Shown piece by piece: positions 28,575-41,490 of a DNA stretch of 64,000 bases; positions within the stretch are counted from its first letter, which is position 1, and every line of letters begins with the position of its first letter. A program made the position numbers and the translations under genes. The notes below the pieces were generated by a model that did not search any database, had not been told where the DNA came from, and was given only the letters and a program-made list of their open reading frames with translations. The DNA comes from Octopus sinensis. Its lineage: Eukaryota. The DNA lies in contig NC_043009.1 in assembly GCF_006345805.1 (NCBI RefSeq), positions 54,250,001 through 54,314,000 of the forward strand. The letters are read 5' to 3'.

Positions 28575-30334
28575 GCTTGAGCTTCAAACGTGCCAGCATT
28601 TCCCGTTCAATTTGTGCACAGACTGTGCAAAGAACACATTAAGCACTCTTGTTCCATCGAAATAAGTGCTGGAGAGAGTTTTGACGGATGCCTTTACTGA
28701 AATATTTTTTCATCGAGAAAGAGAGGGTTAGGGCACCAAATAATCAACTGTAAAACAAAGAACAAAGCGAAAGCATAAGCTGAGATTGTACGCCACACCT
28801 CTCCATAAGTTATTCCCTAGCCTTTGGGAAAGACAGACACAAGATTTCCTTCCACGGACATACGTAACACAGTCAATCTCTGGATGGTAGTTAATTTCGT
28901 GGCACAATATGGGCAAGGGATTAGTACTGATGTAACATTTGTCGATATGTAACCAGATGGGACGAATATGGAGATACAAGTTCTCATATCCACACAAGAT
29001 CGCAAAAACAATACCAGCACTCTGTTTTATAGATGGTGCAGTGAAAAAAGACTTCAAAGGTAAGCGATTCTGCTTCAAGACTTCAAAGACTTCAAAGGTA
29101 AGCTCATTTAAAAGCTTTCTGCTCAGAAAATCTAAAAGAACAATAGTAACAGTTCCCACAGATTCTCAATCCTAAACCACACCGTATACATAAATGATGA
29201 AAACGACTCTGGATCCTAAACTCAGTAAGTTTTGAGTGTCTAAGAAGTTTCTGTTCTTTTTTTTTTTTATTTTATTGTAATCTTATTTTATTTTATTTTA
29301 TTTTGTTATTCTTTGAGTGGATAACGCGTTTCACAGCACTGAAGCCACTTTTATGTGCAATCAGCTATAAAACCAGTGGCACAACAAAGACCAGAAACCC
29401 ATTGCATTTCAGATTTTTTACACGAAATTACGTTCTCCTAGAAAATAGCTCTAACGGGAACAATAGGCCCTATATTCGCAATGATTTACTTGATAGTTAA
29501 GCTATAGCTGGAATCCTAACAGGAGTTATTAACCCGGGTCAGAATAGACCTAAGAATAATAATGGCCAAGCTGTGGTACCAAACTCATCAAAACCCTGGA
29601 AATGCCCTAACAGGAGCCACCACTGCAGTTTAATATCATAGCACAGCATCTGCACAATAAAATTCAGCCTAAATGTCTCGATTGGTCTGCTAATGTAGTA
29701 TACATATATTCAAGTTACGCATGCAGTTGAACTGAACTCGAAACCACGTTGTTGCAAAGCAAAGTCCATTATCACAACCATACAAATGCATGTGTGTCTG
29801 TATGTGAATATACCGGGATTTGGCTGTATATACACGAGTAGAAGAATACATCTGCTACTATAATTTTGAATATGACAGTAGTTTGTTTAACATCTATATC
29901 CAAATACCGCTCTGCTGGTCAGAACTCAATTTCCTGCGCTATATGACATGTTATAAGAAATGAAGTGTTAAGCTGTATAATTTCCCGTTTAATTTCGTGT
30001 GCTTCGTTCGTCTACTGCCGAAAGTATTTCCCCGATTCGTTACACGTGATTTTAGCAATGTTGTCCTCATTATGTATACGTACTCTGTATTTAAATATTT
30101 TTATGATTATCAGGATTGGTATCAATGTATATACTTATATATTCTTGAACTGTGCTATTCATAACTTTGTTAACCGTCTCTGTTTTTTTCATCCAGATAC
30201 TTAGCTTATTATTATGAACTCTAAATGAGAGAATGCTGTTTGTGCAGGGTGAGAAGATACCGACTCTTGGAAGAAAAATTAGCAATTGTTAGCATACTTG
30301 AATGAAACTAGAACTACCAAAGATAAAATAAGGT

Positions 30335-30420
30335 GAAGATCACGTAATCAGCAATTCAACATGGCGCTTGGTTTTAGCCGGAACAGGAAACGTTATACAG
30401 AACAGGAACAAAGCGTTGCT
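30335..30420 (+). promoter_or_regulatory. Promoter-like motif cluster
   Basis: CAACATGGCG (YY1-like, 30357), CCGGAA (ETS-like, 30378) and CACGTA (30341) in non-repetitive sequence. Motif evidence only. Confidence 0.3.
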
Positions 30421-30594
30421 TCATTATAGAATTTCCAAACAACGAGAAACAAATCTACTGAAAGAGCGGAATGAGAAGCTTTGTCGATTTGGATTGAAGA
30501 TAGCTGTCCTTTAAGTTAAATGACCATCACATCGAAGGCCGTCAGTTTGGAGAAAACGTAGAAGTGTTTCCGAAACTAAAGAGTAACTAACATA

Positions 30595-31008
30595 CTCTTT
30601 ACTCTTTACTCTTTTATTTGTTTCAGTCATTTGACTGCGGCCATGCTGGAGCACCGCCTTTAGTCGAGCAAATCGACCCCGGGACTTATTCTTTGTAAGC
30701 CCAGTACTTATTCTATTGGTCTCTTTTGCCGAACCGCTAAGTGACGGGGACGTAAACACACCAGCATCGGTTGTCAAGCAATGCTAGGGGGACAAATACA
30801 GACACACAAAGATACACATACATATATATACATATATATATATACGACAGGCTTCTTTCAGTTTCCGTCTACCAAATCCACTCACAAGGCATTGGTCGGC
30901 CCGAGGCTAAAGCAGAAGACACTTGCCAAAGATGCCACGCAGTGGGACTGAACCCGGAACCATGTGGTTGGTTAGAAAGCTACTTACTACACAGCCACTC
31001 CTGCGCCT
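30595..31008 (-). mobile_element. tRNA-derived SINE family A, full length, with internal microsatellite
   Basis: Head aggcgcaggagtggctgtg..ggttcagtccc, core gggcaagtgtcttc, tail ending in (aaagagt)n. Confidence 0.92.
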
Positions 31009-31495
31009 ATAACACTTTTTCGAAAGTAGAATGATAAGCTTTCCTTGAAATTTTATTGAAACTAGAAATAACCAACTAAATTTTCCACTCTCTTATAAAG
31101 CAAGATATTTTTGAGTTTGTAGTCCATGATATACACAAAAAGATGTATGGAATATCTTACGCAACAAATATTGTTTAAATCTAACAGATACTTATCTCAT
31201 TCTCCCTCGTGTAGAGCACACTGCAGTATTTATCAAAAAACACTACATTGAACAACGTAATACCTGACGACAGGACGGTCACCACAAGAATGCCTTTTAT
31301 TATAAGTCTGTGCCAACAGATCAAACCTGAGTCTAAAAATAGCAAAGGAAACTCTACGTAGTAAACAATGACAGAACCTGTGACAACCAAATTTCCATAA
31401 AATTACTTCGTGCAACGAAGAACACATTGGATAATCGCCGTCGGCAGCGGCGTCTTTATCTCGTATCCGAGAATTCAGTTTCTTTGCTGGACGCT

Positions 31496-31618
31496 TCATA
31501 TATGATAATAGCGTTGATGGCTCTGTAGATCAATACTTGCATCGAAGAGTCGCTGGCATTGACTACATGGAAATGTTGGTGGAGAAACGAAGTTGATAAA
31601 TGACGAAATAAAAAGCAT
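31496..31618 (-). CDS. C2H2 zinc-finger coding segment (40-aa sORF, or an exon starting at 31562)
   Basis: MLFISSFINFVSPPTFPCSQCQRLFDASIDLQSHQRYYHI* matches F-x-C-x2-C-x3-F-x5-L-x2-H-x4-H. AATAAA occurs ~200 nt downstream on the minus strand. Confidence 0.55.
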   Translation of the reverse strand: MLFISSFINFVSPPTFPCSQCQRLFDASIDLQSHQRYYHI

Positions 31619-31766
31619 GAATTTTATTTTTTCTTAGTTTTACTGAATCTGAACACATCAATCTATCCATAATTTCAAATTACCTCACATTTCCCTATAA
31701 TCAGATTATATTCCCTCACTTCCCATAGGACTTCGCCAACACTTAGATTCTATATGTTCTTGCTCA

Positions 31767-31801
<35 letters not shown>

Positions 31802-32347
31802 GGAGAGGATAGAATGTGAAAAATGAAGAGATGTTTTGAGGTGTAATCTGAAATTGCAACAACAACGCGTAAATGCAACACATAAAGAGTCTCAATGTAG
31901 AAGTCTCACCTGCAAAATATACCAACAGATCATATTCTGTTGTCATTAAAGGAAATATTGTAGTTTTGTGTATAAATGCTCAAAGTTGATTAGAAATTAT
32001 TACGGTATCTCTACGCCAGTTAGAAATAACCAGCCAAATTTCATCCAGATCCCACATCCTACCGTCGGGGAGATCACCCGATACTATAAGCCATATAAAT
32101 GCAAAATACGCTATCTCTTCACCCCGTTGTATAGAGAGATACGCGAATCTTAGTTTAATTTACACGACTTTTTTACGATATAATCAAGTATACCTACACA
32201 CACACGCACACACACATTAATGTTTGTTTTTATGTTCAGATAAAATTTTCAAGAGTAAAATTTATTGTTTTAAAAAAGAATAGGATTGAGAATAACTTCG
32301 ATGTTTCAACCAGCTAATCCGTCGTCTGTCTGTATGTGAATATATGC

Positions 32348-32391
<44 letters not shown>

Positions 32392-32928
32392 AGAGTAACC
32401 ACTATGTGGTCGACTCTAGCACTAAAAATAGATCTGCTAGGTTTCAGCCACAGAGAATTGTTTCCGATGAAAGTTAGCACGACTACAAGCGCAAACGAAC
32501 AGGGCAAATAAAAATAACAAAAATGCAGATTAGTTCAGGACAATTGTTTCGCTATTAATAAATTATGTAATTTTACTCACATATGTATAAAATTTATCGT
32601 AATCCAGGTTTTTATGCACTAAGCCACTTGGTGTTAAATGGATGTACTATTAAATTAGTATCCAATTTTCTCACCCTTATTAGTTGAGTATATATATATA
32701 TATAACACATATACAGACATATTAGCGCCCTTATTTAAAATTATACGAGCTTGTACATTCAATTATATATAGGATTATGCTTGTTTACGTGTTAGCATAA
32801 GTAGATTTCGGTGTGGTTACATATGTAAGCTTGTGTCTATATGTATATGTATCACCGGGTATTTAGGTGATAGTGTGGGTGTACATATAAATATCATTTA
32901 CGCTTTTTCTTCTGTGTACACACACATG

Positions 32929-32989
<61 letters not shown>

Positions 32990-33126
32990 ACACATACACA
33001 CACGCGCGCACACACACACACACGCATATACACACGCACACACACACAAACATAACTGCAAGGGTCCGATTTCCGGCTCTCATGTTTGCTCCTTTTCGAT
33101 TAATACACACGGCAGATAAACCGAGC

Positions 33127-33166
33127 CTGGTTTTCTTTTGAATATCCACTTTCAAAAGAAAACCAG
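33127..33166. other. Perfect 16-bp stem hairpin
   Basis: ctggttttcttttgaa-tatccact-ttcaaaagaaaaccag. Confidence 0.9.
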
Positions 33167-33487
33167 AATCAATTTACCAGCTGCTGATTGGCAACAAGCA
33201 GCTCTGAGTTCAGGAAAGCAGAGCCTTTCAGTTACGATGTACCAAAGAATAGCCTACAATATCTATTGAGTCCTGTAATTTATCGCCTCATGAAGAGATT
33301 TACACACACAGGCCAGATAACCGAAGAGATGGTGTTGTGGATTTCCACTTCGGCATCCGAAACTCAGAGTTTTATCTTGACTATTGAATAATTGTAACAT
33401 ATTATCTTATAGATAAATTTCCTTTATTTACATAATATTGAGGTCTGTTTCTTTCTTTTGTTATCTTACCGTTTTTACCAATATATA

Positions 33488-33638
33488 TATTTAAAGAAAA
33501 TGGAGGCAGTCAGAACTTAGGATAATTCTTTATTAGCGCTTTCGTTCGTTTAACCGACCGCTTGGACTTCGGTTAAGGAAATGAAAGCGATAGTTAAAAA
33601 TTTATCCAAAACTCTGATACCTCCGTTTTCTTAATATA
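33488..33638. mobile_element. ~150-bp fold-back element (arms ~70 bp, imperfect)
   Basis: aagaaaatggagg..ggataa..cgctttc..ttaaccga pairs with tcggttaa..gaaagcg..ttatcc..cctccgttttctt. Confidence 0.7.
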
Positions 33639-33738
33639 CAATATCTGTACACCACTTCAAACACTCCATACATACATACATACATACATACATACATACA
33701 TACATACATACATACATACGTATACATACATACATACA

Positions 33739-33816
<78 letters not shown>

Positions 33817-33819
33817 TAC

Positions 33820-33890
33820 TTCCAGTGAGTGCAGTTGAGTACATTTCGTTTTTATTAATTCACTTATTCGCTCCTGCTCCATGTTCATCG
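33820..33890 (-). CDS. Candidate 71-nt exon (MNMEQERISELIKTKCTQLHSLE)
   Basis: tccttgcag| acceptor, open frame, gaa|GTAAGC donor. No recognised homology. Confidence 0.25.
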
Positions 33891-34274
33891 CTGCAAGGAT
33901 TTATCAACTAAAGTGATTTCTTTCTTCTCTATGGATATTATGAAATATCAACCAATACCGATACGGCGTCCTATGATGCCTGCCAGTTAAGTCTGATCTC
34001 ATCTTTACACTTCTATCACTTTGGCTGTCAATCTGAATTTCCTGAGGCGATAACTATTTAGCTTTTTGGCTTTTCTTTTTTTTTCCTGGATTGTTGTGTT
34101 TCTGTTTTAAATTTGAGATTAACATTTCATCTTTTTGTGGTTAAGTGGTTTGTAATATTCCATGAAGCTATGATATTATTTGTGCCAAAAACAAAAACAT
34201 GAAATCTCTTCAAATTTTTTGTGGCAAGAAACGTGATTTGTTTGGCAGCGTCATTTACATACAGACCTCCCCAA

Positions 34275-34314
<40 letters not shown>

Positions 34315-34470
34315 AGTAGTAGTAGTAGTAGTAGTGGCGGTGGTGGTGGTGGTGGTGGCGGCGGCGGTAGTGGTGTTGGTGGTAGTGGTTGTGGTTGTTT
34401 AGTGTTTGAAGTGCCAGTGGTTGTGATGGTAATAGAAATAGTGCTTATTACGGTAGCAGTAGTAATACTG

Positions 34471-34512
<42 letters not shown>

Positions 34513-34805
34513 TAGTAGTAGTAGTAGTAGTAGTAGTTGCTGTTACTGGTGGTAATGGTTGTACTTCTAGTAGTGGTTCTGAGTAAATGGACCATTCAGA
34601 GAGCATAGCAATATCGATGGGATTGCTTCTTGACCGAACATGTACATTAAATGTGCCCCAAAACATCCACATGAATATCTGCACATATACGCATTCATGC
34701 CAGTCATAACAGCCCTATATCCTACCCCCTGTCATCACATCCTGGATGTTGCTCTAGGTCATATTTCTGAAGACTAGCAGGACGGATGTCTAAGTCTACT
34801 TGCGA

Positions 34806-34837
<32 letters not shown>

Positions 34838-34849
34838 TTCTCTTTCTCC

Positions 34850-35255
34850 CTGTCTCCCCCTTACTTGTTTCAGTCATTTGACTGCGGCCATGCCGGAGCA
34901 CCCCCTTTAGTCGAGCAAATCGACCCCAGGACTTATTCTTTGGAAACCTAGTACTTATTCTATCGGATCCCTTTTGCCGAACCGCTAGGTAACGGGGACG
35001 TAAACACACCCACCACCGTCGGTTGTCAAGTGATGCTGGAGAACAAACACAGACACACAAATATACACACACACATACATATATGTATATACATATATAC
35101 GATGGGGTTTTTTCAGTTTCCGTCCACCAAATCCACTCACAAGGCTTTGCTCGGCCCGAGGCTATAGTAGAAGACACTTGACCAAGGTGCCACGCAGTGG
35201 GAATGAACCCGGAACCATGTGGTTGGTAGGCAAGCTACTTAATACACATCCACTC
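34850..35255 (-). mobile_element. SINE family A, near full length
   Basis: Co-linear with 30595-31008. Confidence 0.9.
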
Positions 35256-35450
35256 ATATATATATATATAAAGTAATGTTAGGGCCAAGCAATGTTTAGG
35301 CATAAGCAAACTTTACGTTCGTTAATATATGTTTGTGATACAGTTCAACTACTAAAAGGCAAATACACTGCAATTGCCGTGGATAAAATATCTTTTTTAC
35401 GGTAAACGATGGGAAAACACCCGGTTTATTCAGTGTTGTAATCTATCAAG

Positions 35451-35499
35451 AATCCCAGACATCGACGTTTCGAGTTTATTGACTCTCGTCAATGGGATT
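35451..35499 (-). ncRNA. Hammerhead-like relic (distinct family)
   Basis: aatccca-TTGACGA-GAGT-caataa-ACTC-GAA-ACGT-C^gatgtc-tgggatt. C3 is substituted by U and stem I is bulged. Confidence 0.5.
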
Positions 35500-35794
35500 T
35501 ACCTAAGAGAGGCAACTCTAAACAGACTTACAAAGCAATATGTAATTTTTGTGACAAGACATGTGATTATTAGGATGTTGCACTCACGATTGCGATATCG
35601 TGGGTTCGATTCCCAGACCAGGCGTTGCGTTGTGTTCATTTCACATTACTCTGCGATCATTTCGACATCTGACATGCGGCACCCAGTTGGACCTGTACAG
35701 GTAATGTCGATTTAATGAAGGAGGGGGGGGGGCTTTATTTAATCACTATAAACATTTAATCACTATAAGCAAATCATACGTAGTATATATGAGG

Positions 35795-36125
35795 AGACAC
35801 CCTTCGGTCATGAATGACCATGGGATTGAACCTAGTAAGTTACCCTCTGAGGCACAAGTCAGGGCAGGATTGTTTGTGGAAGGCTAGCAGTTGCCCATGC
35901 ACACGAGCCTCCCCTCTCCTCACCACTGATGTTATCCAAGGGAAAGGCAAAGTCCGATACAGCTTGGCACCAGTGATATCGCAAGTCATTTCTACAGCTG
36001 AGTTAACTGGAGCAACGGGAAATAAAGTGTCTTGCTCAAGAACACAACACACAACCAGGTCCGGGAATCGAACTCACAACTTCGTGATCGTAAGCTGTAC
36101 GCTCTAACCACTGAGCCATGCGCCT
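35795..36125 (-). mobile_element. SINE family B, full length
   Basis: TGGCTCAGTGG A box and GTTCGATTCC B box. Confidence 0.9.
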
Positions 36126-36129
36126 TCAC

Positions 36130-36190
<61 letters not shown>

Positions 36191-36349
36191 ATATATATAT
36201 ATATATACGGCCAAAATAAAAATCGTAAAGCATGATATTTTATCAAGCCATAGTTGCGCACCATTGACGGCTATCTTTATCTCTGAGGCACCGTGCGATG
36301 TGGTCATCTTCAAATTTAAAATGTGAACTTTATTTCCCGATATATTCTG

Positions 36350-36670
36350 ATATGGTTGTGTGGCAACAAGTTTGCTTCCCAACAATATGGTTTCAGATTC
36401 AGTCCCATTGCGTGGCATCCTGGGCAAGTGTCTTCTGCGATAGCCTTGGTTCGACCAAATCTTTATGAGCGGATTTGGTAGACGGAAACTTTAAAAAAAA
36501 CCTGCTTGACGTCCGGTTGGTCTGTTTATGTAACATGGTGCTTCGACAAAAGAGACCGATACAATAAGTATCACAATTTAAGAACATAGTTATGGGGTCT
36601 ATACTTTCGACTAAAACACTTTTACGTGGTGCTCCACTGTGACCTCAAAGTAATGAACGAAACCAATAAA
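36350..36670 (+). mobile_element. Diverged SINE family A
   Basis: gggcaagtgtcttctgcgatagcc..ggatttggtagacggaaact..caaaagagaccgata. Confidence 0.75.
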
Positions 36671-38201
36671 AGGAGAGAGATCATTGCCAGTTCCTTTATT
36701 GATTATTTTAAAGGTACTGTATTCGAGAGTTAATGTTTGGTTTATATGTTGCTTCTAATAAATCTTCCGTTCTTAATCTAATTTTCTTTTTAGATTTTCT
36801 ATATCGAGTAGTTGTTTTATCCTCTGAAATGCTTTGCTTCGTGTTCTGTATTGCAATGTACCATAATGTGAAGTTAATGGATCAGGAGCTGGCGTGTAAT
36901 TTTCGTACATGTGCCCCATGTAGCAATTTGAGTCAACTGGTTTACAACTATTTATATTTACTTTTTAATTATGTATTATGTATTATGTTGTTTTTTTTAA
37001 CTAGAATGTTTTCTTCAGCTATAAGCTTTTGGCTTTGTATTGACAGAATTTTGATTTTTTTTTTTTAAATATATTCTTACTCTTAGTATTATCACTGTTT
37101 GTCGTCAGACATAACGAGTTTTTGATGACGCATTCAGCCATTCAACAATAAAATACATTTGCTTCATGTTTTATATGTGGTGTGAGTTGTTCTTACTTAG
37201 CTCCAGGAGCAACTCTATAATCATAAGCATTATTCATGATCTTTCTTTCTGGCAAAATACATCCAGGAATACATTATCCAATCTGTACCCTAAATAGGAT
37301 ATGAGCTGAGAAACACATTTTTGTTTTTTTCCCGTTTCATTGCTGTACTATAACAATGCGTAGAATTTCCTGCTTGCTTTTATTAGGTGTCAAGTCTGTG
37401 GCCATTGGGTTTGTTGGATGTGGTTGTAGATTCGGCTCAACTAAAATATTCAGTAGTATGTTAAAGACAACTGTTTATTTAATTCCTTTAGTTTCGTTTT
37501 CTAAAGTATATTTCGAGGAATGCTAAAAATTACATAAAATTATCAGGCAAAATATGAACTGATCCAATAATGGACTACTCCACGCATAAATTAATGAGAC
37601 ATTTTATAACAGCAAAATACACGTAGTTTTTTTCAGAATCTACGCCATAGATTAAAACTAATGCGTGTCGACTAACTCTCTAAACAAAATATAAACTAAA
37701 ATTTTTGGAATGTTTCAAGCTAAAAGAATAATTCGCACAAACAGATTTTCTGCAAGTTTCTCATAAACAGAATATTTATTTTCCCTTTCTTCCCCCGCTT
37801 AGCCATATTATCCATTTCTGCAAGTGCCATACTCAAAGAAGAGCTATAATTCACCAAAACTACATATAATACATATTCTACAACACATAAATTGCTCGGA
37901 TAACTTTGCAAACGCATTTAAGTAAATCTTGCTTTTATAAATGTCGTAGTTTAAACCTGTTATTAATCGATACCGAAACTACTAGCCATTTACAAACCTG
38001 GTATTTCACAAACTGCGTAAGACCATTTCGCATTTTGAAGGCTACTTTAATCCTAAGAATTTTGTACCGACTTAGATATTAGTAGGCTTACACTACTAGT
38101 GAACAATACTGGAATACCTTTGTGTATGATATGTTTGCGTATATGAATATGAATGAATGTATGTATGTATATATATATATATATTATATATATATATATA
38201 T

Positions 38202-38276
<75 letters not shown>

Positions 38277-38299
38277 GATATTATTCTGCATAATACGAA

Positions 38300-38610
38300 A
38301 GATACCGTCTTCACCTCAGCTAAGGACTTAGTATTGCACCAGCTTGGGGTTTAGGGTACCAGAACTGTTTAACACCCTCCTAAGGAAACTATGAGATCTG
38401 AAATTTGTAGATAAGCAACTGGACAAATTTGTATCTGAAATCCCAGATGAGCCAACATCGCGGCAGGAGGCACAAAAAAGAGCAGCTTCGTCCAGCTTGT
38501 CTCTTCACCAAAAACAGCAGCGAAAGGAGACCCCAAACACTCAGAGGCAATTGCTAATTCCTTTTCACTGTTTATGTTGAATATACCTAAAAAATACAGT
38601 TCTGCATTTT
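38300..38610 (+). mobile_element. CR1/Jockey-group LINE 3' coding remnant
   Basis: Reads LGFRVPELFNTL..KQLDKFVSEIPDEPTSRQEAQKRAASS, a typical C-terminus of this LINE group. Confidence 0.75.
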
Positions 38611-38626
38611 GGAGATGAGGAATTAT

Positions 38627-38760
38627 GTACATTATTTACATTATTTACATTATTTACATTATTTACATTTGATGGATATTTATCCTCATCTTGTTTGTTG
38701 TTAACGACAAACAAGATGAGAACAAATCTCTTTCAAATGTAAATAATGTAAATAATGTAT
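38627..38760. repeat. Palindrome of two repeat tails centred on GTTAAC, with (TACATTATT)n arms
   Basis: tacattatttacattatttacatttga..ctcatcttgtttgttgtt | aacgacaaacaagatgag..tcaaatgtaaataatgtaaataatgta. Confidence 0.8.
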
Positions 38761-38870
38761 ACCTAAGATATGTTTAGCTCATAAAATAGTTCTGCTCAAA
38801 AGAAATTTTGTCACGAACGCAGCACTACCACTTGTGAATTATATGTACTGTGTTAATCCTAGCAAATATA

Positions 38871-39327
38871 TTGGGTTGTCCGGAAAGTTCGTGCTGATTT
38901 ATAGTAGCTTACCTTTCGAATTATTTTAGAACATGGTTGAGTCTATAAAATAGGATTTGACTACATCTCCATTTTGAGTACAGCTTAAGCTATCTTTTCG
39001 TGGAAGAAGGTTTATGTTCCTATAACCTGCATTGATTCTCTAACCCTTTAAAATGGAAGATAAGAAATTTCATTTTCGGCGCTTGATGCTTTGAGAACCA
39101 GACAAAAACTGCTGCAGCGCGGCTGGGATGTGTTACCCTACCTTGATAAATTCTTTGCCCTGAAACCACCTCAATTCTGAGAAGAGGGTATTTTCAAGTT
39201 AAAGGAAAGATAGAGACGCATTGTGCAAAAAATGGTTCATATTTGGTTGATTAAAAATGTAATGGCAAGTATTTATTGACCTTTTTCTTTCCTTTAAAAA
39301 TCAGCATGAACTTACCAGACAACACAA
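38871..39327 (+). mobile_element. Internally deleted mariner (Tc1/mariner) transposon
   Basis: 30-bp TIRs (ttgggttgtccggaaagttcgtgctgattt / aaatcagcatgaacttaccagacaacacaa, 4 mismatches), TA flanks, and transposase remnants MEDKKFHFRRLM, KLLQRGWDVLPY and GSYLVD*. Confidence 0.92.
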
Positions 39328-39633
39328 TACATTTTGTGCAGGCCGCGAACTCTTACATGGTCGATCAACAGAAAAATCTCAATCAAATTCCGCTAGCAGG
39401 AAATAACGAGCATTATAAGACATTGTGACAACCTATGTTTCTAAAATCAAACGAAACATTACACATTTACTATTTATTTTTTCTAATTTCTTTCATTCTT
39501 TGAAAAGAAAAAGACGGTAATGTTAACCGCAAACGTCCCCCGGGTTTTGTTTTTATATATTTGTACATACAGACATACAGACAGACAAATAGATAGATAG
39601 ACAGATAGATAGATGATAGATAGATAGATAGAT

Positions 39634-39666
<33 letters not shown>

Positions 39667-39694
39667 ATGATAGATAGATAGATAGATAGATAGG

Positions 39695-39800
<106 letters not shown>

Positions 39801-40070
39801 CATTATTCTTACCATGTGGCTGTTTTTCAGCATTTGTTTATTTCACGTTAATATTTGCCATAGCCACAACTAATTTTGGGAGGATTTTCTACAGTTTTTT
39901 AGTCTCCATCGTATCTCTAGCGTTCCATTTACGATACAGTATAGCTATTGCATTTACTCTGATCACAACTATTCACCATTCTGACATAGAAGTGCAGCAA
40001 CAATGAATCACACAGACACCAGCTAAGTTCTAAGTTTACACAAAAATTTAAAACTGCTTATGTGTATATA

Positions 40071-40139
<69 letters not shown>

Positions 40140-41079
40140 ATATATATATTATATATATGTATATGTATATATTATATATACATATATATTATATATATGT
40201 ATTACATATATATATTATATATACATATACATATATATATTATACATACATGATATATATACATATACATATATATATATATATATGTATACATGCATAT
40301 ATGTATACAATATATATATATATAATATATATATATTATATATATATATATGCAAGGTGATTGTCAGAGTGCCCACAGATACAATATATTTATACATATA
40401 GACACATTCCTTCCAAACGAGCTATTAACTTTTCACCTACTAAAAGAGGTTGGAGGATGAAATCTTACATGTGAATCAGCATTGGTTGATAATGAGTAGT
40501 TTAGTAGATGAATAGATCAGGCTATGGCACAATATATCAACAAATATAACATATGTAACATACATAACAAATACATACGCCCTACGTATACTATGTTACA
40601 AGAAGCATATATTCTCTGGTTATCAAATGAGTGAATATGTCATGAAATAAGTTTTAAAACTGACCATAAAGTATACTTTTGAACACTAACTCATAGAGCA
40701 CATTAAAATTAGAATGAAAAACTAAACTTTATACTGAGACTAGTAAATCACAAAAAATTCATCAGATAGAGAATGCATTACAGGAAATATAATGCAAATG
40801 TAAAAGTAGTAAACTTCATGATTCCACTGTTACAGGACACTTTCCTTCCGTTTACGACGTAAGTGAATTACCAGAAATATAAGTGGATGGAAAATAAAAG
40901 AGAGTGGTACAATTCTTTATGTAATTCAACGAAAGTCACGGAAGTTTTATAAATAACAAAATACAGATCAATTAGCAACCTAGAGATTAGTCTCACTTAA
41001 AATATATCATGAACTCTGACATAATTTATCATGGCATGAGTTTGAATCTGGTGTTGGTGATTTCTAAAACTGTTATACC

Positions 41080-41165
41080 CATGAGGGTAGGAAACGTTAT
41101 GGCGCAGCCGTTTTGGCGCCGCCTATTTTGGCATCGCTGGTTAAATGTTGAATATTTTGACATCT
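41080..41165. repeat. TTTTGGCGCC-motif repeat family member; relatives at 53384-53460 and 53665-53740
   Basis: ggcgcagccgttttggcgccgcctattttggcatcgctg. The two 53-kb copies share ctgattcgacgctgacttat. Confidence 0.55.
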
Positions 41166-41293
41166 TGCGCTTTAGCATTTCTCTTGTTTTGATATTTTCC
41201 TCCTTCTCTTTCTCTGTTTCTGCTCGTCTGTCTGCCTCTCTCCTCTCGCCCACTGTCTATCTGTCAGTCTGTCCGTCTGTCTCTCACTCTATC

Positions 41294-41490
<197 letters not shown>

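Noticed and set aside
31562-31940. Splicing the 31910 donor to the 31562 acceptor to supply the first Cys (IFC-SQC)
   Set aside because: An in-frame TGA lies five codons upstream of that donor with no intervening acceptor or ATG.
35497-35520. TAG|GTAAAT as a fifth ratchet site
   Set aside because: It lies inside a hammerhead-bearing repeat and has a weaker tract and donor.
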